Positions 56,464 through 64,000 of a DNA stretch of 64,000 bases are shown here, piece after piece (positions within the stretch are counted from its first letter, which is position 1; each line of letters begins with the position of its first letter). The stretch comes from a virus. Its lineage: Duplodnaviria > Caudoviricetes. The translations under genes were made by a program, and so were the position numbers. The DNA is taken from the IMG/VR virus record IMGVR_UViG_3300049141_000098, positions 64,001-128,000 of that record; one strand, given 5' to 3'. A model generated the notes under the pieces. The model worked only from the letters and a program-made list of their open reading frames with translations. It was not told the DNA's origin and searched no databases.

Positions 56464-56644
56464 ACAACACTGTGGGGCACGGCGTTGCATCTTGCTGTGC
56501 CCCACAGCAACAGCGTGGTGCAGTGCATCCCGGTCACTGTTCCTGAAGGGAACAGAATCGTGCAGATCCCGGATCGGCAGGCTAGTCAGGCACCCGGATG
56601 TTGAGCTGGAAGCTGCATGGGGTCCTGAGTCATCAATGCCTCCT

Positions 56645-57127
56645 TCAGTGCCCTGCGATCAGATGGTCGCGGCTGCCCGGGGCGCCGATCGCTTCTCGGT
56701 GAGCCAGGGCTTCGCGGAGCAGACGCCGCACGGTGTCCGGCATGTCCTCGGCGTACATCTCGGACAGCACGGCGATCTGGTTGTGCATCCGGGCGGGCGC
56801 AGTGGTGATCAGCCGTTCACCGATCCGGGGGCGGCCACCCTTCGGACGCTCGAAGTACCGCTGTACCGCTTCTGGATAGTTGTTCTCCTTCAGCCAGGCG
56901 TGTGCCTCCTGGTCTGACAGCAGGGTGTAGGTGCTGCGATCCGGATTGGCGACGACAAACCGATTAAGGACCCAGAAGCCATCGTCGGTCAGGTAGAGCT
57001 CCTCAGGGAGGGCGTAGCTGCCCTCGGGTTGCTCATTGCCTTCGAACTTCTCGGCATTGTCACTCTCGAACCATCCGCCGAACGTCGAGCCGTCGGAGCG
57101 GGTTCCGGTGTAGATGACGCGAGCCAT
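56645..57127 (-). CDS. unknown-domain paralogue 1 fused to a ribbon-helix-helix-like C-terminus
   Basis: FESDNAEKF..EELYLTDDGFWV..EAHAWL..NY, followed by GGRPRIG..PDTVRRLLREAL. Confidence 0.7.
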   Translation of the reverse strand: MARVIYTGTRSDGSTFGGWFESDNAEKFEGNEQPEGSYALPEELYLTDDGFWVLNRFVVANPDRSTYTLLSDQEAHAWLKENNYPEAVQRYFERPKGGRPRIGERLITTAPARMHNQIAVLSEMYAEDMPDTVRRLLREALAHREAIGAPGSRDHLIAGH

Positions 57128-57158
57128 CAGGGTCTCCTTGCCTTGATCGGAATTGTCG

Positions 57159-57467
57159 TCAGGTCAGCAGGCGGGACAGGGCCTCGACGTAGTCGTGCTG
57201 CTTGAGCCAGTCGCGTGCGTCAGCCCGACTGATTGAGGTGTACGTGCTGGTGTCTCCGACTTCTGACCCGTTGCGCGAGTTGAGGACCACCGTGTTCTTG
57301 ATCCACGTACCATCGTCGGTCCTGTACAGATCTTCCTTCGCGGTTCTGGAGCTGCCGTCAGGCAGCGGGCAGAACGAGCCCTTGAATCGATCTGCGGCGT
57401 CGGTCTCAAACACCTCGGAGTGCAGTGAACCGTCTGATGCGACGGCGAGGTAGGCGACGATGGCCAT
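57159..57467 (-). CDS. unknown-domain paralogue 2
   Basis: FETDAADRF..EDLYRTDDGTWI..DARDWL..DY. Confidence 0.7.
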   Translation of the reverse strand: MAIVAYLAVASDGSLHSEVFETDAADRFKGSFCPLPDGSSRTAKEDLYRTDDGTWIKNTVVLNSRNGSEVGDTSTYTSISRADARDWLKQHDYVEALSRLLT

Positions 57468-57504
57468 GCTGATTTCTCCCTGGATTTCGGAGTCGGGGAC
57501 GACG

Positions 57505-57787
57505 TCAGGTGAAGTAGCGCTTGACTGCGACGGTGTAGCCGTTGTCCTCCAGCCAGGTGCGAGCGGCGTCGGGATCGACCTGCCTGCCCAGGAACCCCGG
57601 CGATCCGATCTCGGCCGTACCGATGACCCACTGGCCATCGTTCGTCAGGAAGAGGTAGAGGTCGCACATGACGCCCTTGGCCCTGACTTCGGTGGAGTCG
57701 CACACGAACTTCTCGGCAGTCTCCGTGTCGAAGAGCCCGTCAGGTCCGCTGAGGTCGAGCGGGCGGATAGTAGGCGACGAGATTCAT
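57505..57787 (-). pseudogene. unknown-domain paralogue 3 with +1 frameshift near codon 8
   Basis: ATG 57787 (MNLVAYYP) and the downstream frame (LDLSGPDGLFDTETAEKF..LYLFLTNDGQWV..AARTWL..GY) join if one C near 57760 is removed. Confidence 0.6.
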
Positions 57788-57803
57788 CACCGTATGCCCC
57801 CTT

Positions 57804-57856
57804 GGGTTTACGTTACTTAAACCAAGCATGTCACAAGGTTTGAGTGATGTAAACCC
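57804..57856. repeat. AT-rich 20-bp imperfect inverted repeat with 13-nt loop
   Basis: GGGTTTACGTTACTTAAACC / GGTTTGAGTGATGTAAACCC; all three mismatches are G-T on the plus strand. Confidence 0.75.
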
Positions 57857-57960
57857 TCCCCGTAGTGAAGAGGCTGTCGATCAGGTGGAGTTGGCGGCAC
57901 TCAAGGCGACGCGACGAAACTTGCTGTATAACGGAAGCGGTATAAGATAACGTTGACGTT

Positions 57961-58230
57961 ATGAGGATGCTACGCAAGGCCAGCCAGACAGGGGTCGGAG
58001 ACCCCGAACGAGACCTGTCCTATGAGATCGCTGAGCAGGTCTTCGATCTGCGTGCCGAGCAGGGACTGACTCAAGGCCAGCTCGCCGAACGGGTCGGCAC
58101 CAAGCAACCCGCCATCTCTGGAGTGGAAAGCGCCGTCAAGCTGCCCACCCTGGGCCTGCTCTTGCGTATCGCGGCAGCGCTGGACCGGCGCCTCGTCGTG
58201 CGTTTCGAACCTCGGAAAGGTGAAGAATGA
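57961..58230 (+). CDS. XRE-family HTH regulator
   Basis: LRAEQGLTQGQLAERVGTKQPAISGVES..PTLGLLLRIAAAL. Confidence 0.85.
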   Translation: MRMLRKASQTGVGDPERDLSYEIAEQVFDLRAEQGLTQGQLAERVGTKQPAISGVESAVKLPTLGLLLRIAAALDRRLVVRFEPRKGEE

Positions 58231-58763
58231 ACCGTCGAGCACGCTTCGTGCACCTGATCCACGAACGGGCCAGCGGCCTTGTTCACCGAGCAGACCGGAT
58301 CTTCATTGCGGTGGTGCTGCTGTCCGGAGTACCCGCCTTTGTCCCTGCGACCCGACTCAGTACCTCGATCGGACTCGCACTCTCCCTATTGGTGATCGCG
58401 ACCCTTCTCTTCAAGAGACAGCACGGTGCCAGGCTGTGTGAGCAGTGCGTCACCGAGTTCACGATCAACGCCCCCGAGCACGCCGCACAGCATCGGCGGC
58501 GCTTTCGCCTCTTCCATACGGTGACCCCGTTCTACCTGATGCTGCTTCCCGTTGCGGTCGCGCCCCTCTTGGAGGCCCCCTGGAGTGGTGTCGCCTATCT
58601 GCCTGTCGTCGTCGGTCAGGTACTTCTCGCGCTGGTGACGCGTTTCCATGGGGCCTATCAGCCCTGGTGCCCCTACTGCCGACGAGACGACGGCGGTGGC
58701 GACGAGACGGAGCCCGCTCCGGACCCCAGCGGTGGTCACGGCCGACCGCTGCCGGTGACGTGA
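58227..58763 (+). CDS. membrane protein with Cys/His motifs
   Basis: Four TM segments; H..LCEQC and HGAYQPWCPYC. Confidence 0.7.
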   Translation: MNRRARFVHLIHERASGLVHRADRIFIAVVLLSGVPAFVPATRLSTSIGLALSLLVIATLLFKRQHGARLCEQCVTEFTINAPEHAAQHRRRFRLFHTVTPFYLMLLPVAVAPLLEAPWSGVAYLPVVVGQVLLALVTRFHGAYQPWCPYCRRDDGGGDETEPAPDPSGGHGRPLPVT

Positions 58764-59093
58764 GCCGAGGCCGTTCCCGCGTTATGCAGCGCCCGAGCAC
58801 TTCGCTCGGGTGCTGCACTATTCTCGCTGAAAACTGTTGCCAGATCACAGAGTTCATCTGCTACGGTGGAACCACCGCACCAGCTCGGTGCCCACGCCCG
58901 GTTCAGCCGGGATCGGTCGAGAGCTGAGGCAGGCCCACCGGACCCAGACCTTCACAGCCGCCATCACGCCCCGTTCAGCGGGGAAGATCGCAAGGGGCTA
59001 CAGGTCAGGCCATCCAGGTGGGAGACCTGACCACTCCTGATCTGCTCGGCCGTATCAACGCATACCGCCCGGCAGAAGAAACGGCATCCAACG

Positions 59094-61385
59094 ATGTCCA
59101 ACACTCTTGAGCCCAGCAGTTTCATCGATTCCGCCTCGTTTGTTCTGCCACCCAAGGTGGCCAAGCTTGACGCGGTGCGCAAGCTCATCCCCCGCCTGAT
59201 GGAAGTGACCGGCCTCGGCGAGACGGCCGCGACCACCATCGCCCACTCCGTCGTCGACCCGACCGCCGTACGGACCGCCCTCGCCGAACCGCTGCCCGGC
59301 CTGACGGCGCACCGCCACTCCCATCTCCAGGTGATTCCGGCCCGGGTGTGGACCCCGTGGCTCACGCCTCCCGCTGACGACATCGCCCGCTACAGCACTC
59401 AGAAGACCCTCCCCATCGCGGACCCCTCTGTGCCGAGGACACCGACCCTCGAAGAGAGCCGTGACGGACTGACGTTGAGCTGGGCGACCGCCGCCGACCG
59501 GGACTGGCACCTGAAGGACAACCGGAAGATCTACGCTCAGGACATCTACCGGGACTCGTTGCGGATCTTCCCCGAGAAGGGCGGCATCATCACCCCGCTC
59601 GTGCTGGCGCCGCAGACGGAGCACTTCCAGGACGGTGGGGAGGCGCTGAGTCTGCTGCGCATCGCCGACGGCCGTTACCGCTACTACGGCGTGCTGGACC
59701 TGCTGGAGCGGTATGCCGACCTCGAACAGGCCGCATTGGACGGCCACTTCGGGCCCGGCGTCATCACTCCTGAGACCTTCCGCGCCGCCCTCGGCCGCGA
59801 CCGTATCGCTTTCAGCAAGGTCATCAACGCCGTCCGGGACGCCTGCATCCGGATCGGATATGGCGAGGACCGCCAGCAGTACATCGGCGTGCACTACCTC
59901 GCCAGCATCCTGAGCCTGCCCGCCTACATTGCTGTGGGCACCGTAGACCCGGTCACCAGTGAGGTCCGCTCCATGGGCACCGACCGGGGCTACCCGGCGG
60001 GTGTCGGTTACACCCTCGGCCACGGTGTCGGCGCCTGGCACACGGGCAATCCCGCTCGCGTTGTGGTTACCGGCCAGCGGGAGTTCAATGGCCTGCTGCT
60101 GCCGGAGGCCTCGGTCGACACCGGCCTGATCGACGTCGCCACCAAGCGGCTACGCGTTCGGGGTGTCAACAAGAGCGTGATCGAAGCCGGTGAGAGGGGA
60201 CGCCTTGGCGCCGCCGCCCGGTTCGTATGGTGGTGCAGGGCCATCGGGCAGCTCGGGGGTACACCGGCCACCGCAGTGGCCGCCTTCGCCCGGCACACCG
60301 TCAGCGAGGGGCCATGGCCGCAGACCATCTCCCAGGCTCTGCTGGCCTGTGCCTCGCATCTGATGGAGGAGGATCGCGACGTCGTCTATCCTGCCGGGGA
60401 TCACCGTGACGCTGAGAGCGGCCCCGACTCCCTGTGGCTGCTGGTAGCCGACGCCAGGAACCTGACCCCCGTTGCCGCACTCGACGTTCAGGGCTACAAG
60501 CTGCTGGCGCATCCGCGCTGGCGTAACGCCACTCACATCGCCCTGGCTCACCTGGCTCTGATCGGTGCTCTCCCGGCGGAGGATCCTCTGCCGGGGCAGG
60601 TTCTCAACCCGCACCTGCTGTCCGGGGTTGCTCTTGCCTGGGCGAACAACAAGGCCCTGGTCCTGACCCGGGCGGACGGAACCGTCCTCCGGGACGACGA
60701 GGGACGGGTGATCCCCATCGACGGGCGCACTCTGGGGCAGGTCGATCCGCCGTGGATCGACAAGATGCTCTACCAGGGATTCGAGTACATGCAGCCCCCC
60801 ACGGCAGCCAGCCCGATCCCCGGAGCCAGCCACATCTTCAAGATCCGTCATGACGTGGTCTACACGATCCCTTCTGAGCCGCTCGACGAGGATGCCATCG
60901 AGGCGACTCCGGAGGCCTTGGCCAAGGTGGTGCGCCGCTGGTTCCCCGACGCGACCGGCATCGTCCTGACGGACTGGAGCGACAAGTTCATCACCGGCGT
61001 AATGGTCGGCAGCGTGTACGTGCGCCTCTTCGACCGCAGGGGCGAGATGGAGGACGCCCGCAGCCGAGGAGTTTGGTACCCGGAAGGCCGCCCGCCCGGC
61101 ACCAAGGACATCGTCGACTTCGACACCGTCGGGTCCGGCGCCCCGGTGGGCACCCTGTTCGGCGCCGGAGACTGGCTCGTCGACACCGTCAGCAACGGCG
61201 CCGGAGTTGACATGGTCGCCGCCGACGAAGCCTGGTACCAGGAGCTGGACGACGCGATCATCCAGGAGGTCGACGACGCCCTGGAAATCCAGAAGGCGGC
61301 CGACATCAAGGCCGGGGACAAGCCGGATACCCGATGGGAGGTGCCGGTGCTCCGGCTGCCGGAGGTCGGAAAGGGGAAGAGGTGA
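59094..61385 (+). CDS. large hypothetical protein, possible ParB/Srx-like N-domain
   Basis: 763 aa with coding-type GC3; GIITPLVLAP..LRIADGRYR resembles ParB-N. Confidence 0.65.
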   Translation: MSNTLEPSSFIDSASFVLPPKVAKLDAVRKLIPRLMEVTGLGETAATTIAHSVVDPTAVRTALAEPLPGLTAHRHSHLQVIPARVWTPWLTPPADDIARYSTQKTLPIADPSVPRTPTLEESRDGLTLSWATAADRDWHLKDNRKIYAQDIYRDSLRIFPEKGGIITPLVLAPQTEHFQDGGEALSLLRIADGRYRYYGVLDLLERYADLEQAALDGHFGPGVITPETFRAALGRDRIAFSKVINAVRDACIRIGYGEDRQQYIGVHYLASILSLPAYIAVGTVDPVTSEVRSMGTDRGYPAGVGYTLGHGVGAWHTGNPARVVVTGQREFNGLLLPEASVDTGLIDVATKRLRVRGVNKSVIEAGERGRLGAAARFVWWCRAIGQLGGTPATAVAAFARHTVSEGPWPQTISQALLACASHLMEEDRDVVYPAGDHRDAESGPDSLWLLVADARNLTPVAALDVQGYKLLAHPRWRNATHIALAHLALIGALPAEDPLPGQVLNPHLLSGVALAWANNKALVLTRADGTVLRDDEGRVIPIDGRTLGQVDPPWIDKMLYQGFEYMQPPTAASPIPGASHIFKIRHDVVYTIPSEPLDEDAIEATPEALAKVVRRWFPDATGIVLTDWSDKFITGVMVGSVYVRLFDRRGEMEDARSRGVWYPEGRPPGTKDIVDFDTVGSGAPVGTLFGAGDWLVDTVSNGAGVDMVAADEAWYQELDDAIIQEVDDALEIQKAADIKAGDKPDTRWEVPVLRLPEVGKGKR

Positions 61386-61834
61386 CGGGGCGTCCACCCG
61401 GAACCACCCCAAGGCAGGCCAGAGAGGAGTTGCGCGCTGCCGGGTATGAGCCGCTGGAGCCTTACCCCGGCACGGTCCTGGAGCCCTGGCGCGTGCGCTG
61501 CGTTGAATGCGAAGCAGAACGCACCATCACCCTCAACTACATACGCCGAGGGAGGCGCTGCCTCCATAAGGACCCGGACCGCCTCCGGGTTCCGACGGAC
61601 GTGGCAGAGGAGGAGCTGCGCGCGGCAGGTTACAGGCCCCTGGAGCCGTACCCGGGCAGTGTGGGGGCCGGATGGTTGGCGATGTGCCTCACGTGTGGCA
61701 ACCAACGTCGCCCTTCTGTCACGAAAATTCGGCAAGGGCGCCGTTGCGGACACCTCAACATCTATGAACCGCAGCGATTCAGCGGCACAGGGGCTGACAC
61801 CTCTGCGCCGCCTTCGGAAGGAGAAGGAAAGTGA
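61382..61834 (+). CDS. tandem Zn-ribbon repeat protein
   Basis: Two copies of EELRAAGY.PLEPYPG....W...C..C...R.....IR.GRRC.H. Confidence 0.75.
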   Translation: MTGRPPGTTPRQAREELRAAGYEPLEPYPGTVLEPWRVRCVECEAERTITLNYIRRGRRCLHKDPDRLRVPTDVAEEELRAAGYRPLEPYPGSVGAGWLAMCLTCGNQRRPSVTKIRQGRRCGHLNIYEPQRFSGTGADTSAPPSEGEGK

Positions 61835-62361
61835 CCAAGGAAACCCCTCTCGACGAGCCGTGGACCTGTCACGACTGCGGCAAGCAGCAGCAGCTCGTCA
61901 CCCACAACGGCAAGTCGTTCTACAGCAACAGCGGCTGGTACTGGGTGCAGCTCCATCCGGGCGAGAAGCCCGTCTACCTCGACATGGGCTGCTTCAACTC
62001 CTACGACCAGGACTGGCCGGACTACGAAGGTACACACGAGACCTCGGCGTGGCGTGGTGGCGAGTGGGAGGGCATGTGGCTATGGGTGCTGCCCAGCGAC
62101 TACTTCGCCCGTCGCGATGCCTACCGCATCCTGCCCCGTTGGGAAATGGCGGGTGACGGCTGGCGTCTGGTGACTCACGACAACCGAATCCTCGGCTACC
62201 TCAAGGGCTACACGGGCGACGTGCGCAAGAAGGGCATGTACGAGCAGTTGGATGCCGACCGGAATCGGCTGCCCGACAGTGAACCCATGCCCTTCACGTA
62301 CGCCAAGGGTGCGGTCCACGTGTATCTCGGACTCGGCGGTCCGGGGATGGTGCAGCGATGA
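61831..62361 (+). CDS. hypothetical protein
   Basis: 176 aa, Trp/Tyr-rich, N-terminal CxxC. Confidence 0.65.
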   Translation: MTKETPLDEPWTCHDCGKQQQLVTHNGKSFYSNSGWYWVQLHPGEKPVYLDMGCFNSYDQDWPDYEGTHETSAWRGGEWEGMWLWVLPSDYFARRDAYRILPRWEMAGDGWRLVTHDNRILGYLKGYTGDVRKKGMYEQLDADRNRLPDSEPMPFTYAKGAVHVYLGLGGPGMVQR

Positions 62362-62582
62362 CCGGAAGCTGGCATATCCGTCAGCGACTGGCCCCTCTTC
62401 CGCTGATCCCGGCGCCGGTGGCGCTGATGCAGGAGCTGGTGAAGGAGGATGCGTCAACCGACAGGGTTGCGGAGATCCTGGCCGACTACCCGCCGGATGA
62501 GCTGCGGGTGATGGCCGCCAAACTGGCTGAGATGGCCGAGATGGTCAACGACTATGCCGACAAAAGGAAGATGCGGCGATGA
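62358..62582 (+). CDS. hypothetical protein
   Basis: 74 aa, coupled to neighbours. Confidence 0.5.
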   Translation: MTGSWHIRQRLAPLPLIPAPVALMQELVKEDASTDRVAEILADYPPDELRVMAAKLAEMAEMVNDYADKRKMRR

Positions 62583-63142
62583 CGACCAACCAGACTCCGT
62601 ACGCCCCCGGCTGCCCGGTCAAGGGCGAACACTCTCCACTCCCCCACCTGGAAGGTGTCTATCCTGCCATCGGCAGCGTCCCCGACATGTCGAAGGCGAT
62701 CACCGCCTTCATGGTGGACTGCATCCCCTGCGTGGAGCGTCATCGCGGCCTGGCTGGTCAGCACTCGGACTTGGTCCACGAGGCGCTGTGGCTGTGGCTG
62801 GGGACTGTCGCCACGACCCGTGTCGGCATGGGGCTGCCGCCGGTCGCGACCGCCGCCGACATGATGGACGGTCTGTTCGAGAACCTCGTGGCCACCCTGC
62901 CGTCTATCAGCGAGAAGGCCGCCAGTCCCACGCACAAGATCTTCCAAGGCCTCTCCCTGTATGCGGTTGCGGCCCCGGGAGGGCAGGGCAACGTCTGGCA
63001 GCAGGCGGACCTCCAGCGCGCGCTTGACGCGCTGAATGCAGAGCACCGGGAGCTGGTCTGGATCGACGTCATTACCCTGCTCGGCGGCTGGTATCAGGGT
63101 GCAACGCGTGCTCACTGGGAGGCGGAAGGGGTAGAGCCGTGA
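62579..63142 (+). CDS. hypothetical protein
   Basis: 187 aa, coupled to neighbours. Confidence 0.6.
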   Translation: MTTNQTPYAPGCPVKGEHSPLPHLEGVYPAIGSVPDMSKAITAFMVDCIPCVERHRGLAGQHSDLVHEALWLWLGTVATTRVGMGLPPVATAADMMDGLFENLVATLPSISEKAASPTHKIFQGLSLYAVAAPGGQGNVWQQADLQRALDALNAEHRELVWIDVITLLGGWYQGATRAHWEAEGVEP

Positions 63143-64000
63143 CGATCAATCAGCCGTCGCTGGACGTCGCGTCCGAGGAGCTGAACCGAGTCGAGGAGCT
63201 GGTTCGGTATCTCGCCGCCCATGACGGTCGTTTGCCGACCGACGATATGCCTCTGGCGTGGTGGGCGCTCGATGTGCTGGACGGGCCGCGCAGCTCTCCG
63301 GTGCACCGACTTCTGCAAGACATCCCCTTGAGGGATCTCAGTCGCCCATTCTCTCCCGGACGGGCCGCCACCTGGGCGAAGTTCGTCCAGCGCCTGGACC
63401 AGCTCGACTGGATGGAGTATCGGGGTGAAACCCTGGACGACACGGTGACGAAGGATCTCGAAACCTGGGCCCAGTCCGCCGTGGTCCGCTATCTCTCAGG
63501 CAGCATGAAGCCCACCGAGGAGTTGCTGCTGCGCAAGCGGCCGGTGTGGAGCTTCGAGCGACCGCTGTCCGGCAAGCGGCGCAATCAGGCGGCCTGGGGA
63601 ATCGGCCTGCGGGAGGTGAAGGCATTCCACCGAACGCACGGCCACACAGACATCCCCGAGGATCTGATCGTCGAGGGGGTCCCCGTCAGGCTGTGGTGGA
63701 AGCAGGCGCGCGACCGGTACGCCGGAAACGGCCTGAAGCCCCACGATCGCCAGCGCCTGGAGGGCTTGAAGCTCGACCTGCGCAGCGACGGGGAGCTGGC
63801 CAAGGCCGAAAAGCGCAAGGCGGCTGAGGAGCGTCATCGGCAGGCCATGGAGAATCGGCAACGGGCCAAGGAGGGGGTCATCAGGGCCATTGCCGAGCGG
63901 CGAGGGGTGGATGACATTCGCCCGGTCCTGAAGGCCATCCGCTCCTTCGCCGACCAGTACGGGCATACCGGCATTCCCGTCGGCGCCGTCACGGAGGAGG
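63139..64000 (+). CDS. helicase-associated (HA) domain protein, runs off window (absent from ORF track)
   Basis: Open frame from GTG 63139 to the window end; WGIGLREVKAFHRTHGHTDIP..G.PVRLWWKQAR..RQRLEGL, and a second HA start LKAIRSFADQYGHTGIP. Confidence 0.75.
   Translation, partial: MTINQPSLDVASEELNRVEELVRYLAAHDGRLPTDDMPLAWWALDVLDGPRSSPVHRLLQDIPLRDLSRPFSPGRAATWAKFVQRLDQLDWMEYRGETLDDTVTKDLETWAQSAVVRYLSGSMKPTEELLLRKRPVWSFERPLSGKRRNQAAWGIGLREVKAFHRTHGHTDIPEDLIVEGVPVRLWWKQARDRYAGNGLKPHDRQRLEGLKLDLRSDGELAKAEKRKAAEERHRQAMENRQRAKEGVIRAIAERRGVDDIRPVLKAIRSFADQYGHTGIPVGAVTEE

Noticed and set aside
57804-57856. Palindrome as a protelomerase (telRL-type) site
   Set aside because: It has a 13-nt unpaired centre and mismatched arms, and no protelomerase gene is visible in the window.

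Overview
This is a GC-rich, actinomycete-type (most likely Streptomyces) 64-kb segment of a large temperate phage or phage-plasmid. It contains no rRNA, no housekeeping operons and no CRISPR array. Modules from left to right: (1) lysis cassette (amidase-LysM endolysin, holin, two membrane proteins); (2) parA plus a parB-like gene, followed by four copies of a parS-like palindrome; (3) a long leftward accessory block with an AcrVA2/FinQ-like protein, HD alarmone-hydrolase-like protein, GntR-like HTH, SNF2 helicase and an HTH regulator; (4) a Ro60/TROVE gene preceded by three tandem Y-RNA-like genes, a further structured element, an atypical tRNA and tRNA(CAU); (5) FtsK-like ATPase and HU; (6) two giant tail or receptor-binding proteins with beta-helix, hyaluronidase-like and polysaccharide-deacetylase domains, then a vWA protein, a HIT protein and many small hypotheticals; (7) a replication operon (wHTH initiators, DnaB, dead DnaB-like paralogue, primase with a DnaB-N-like tail); (8) a RelE-like toxin-antitoxin pair, a catalytically incomplete tyrosine recombinase and GntR/XRE regulators; (9) a second iteron-plus-wHTH replicon-like module, three tandem paralogues of an unknown domain and a truncated helicase-associated-domain gene. 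A GGCCTAGGCC palindrome marks many promoters. No capsid or terminase genes are visible in the window. Family assignments come from motif recognition by eye, not database searches.
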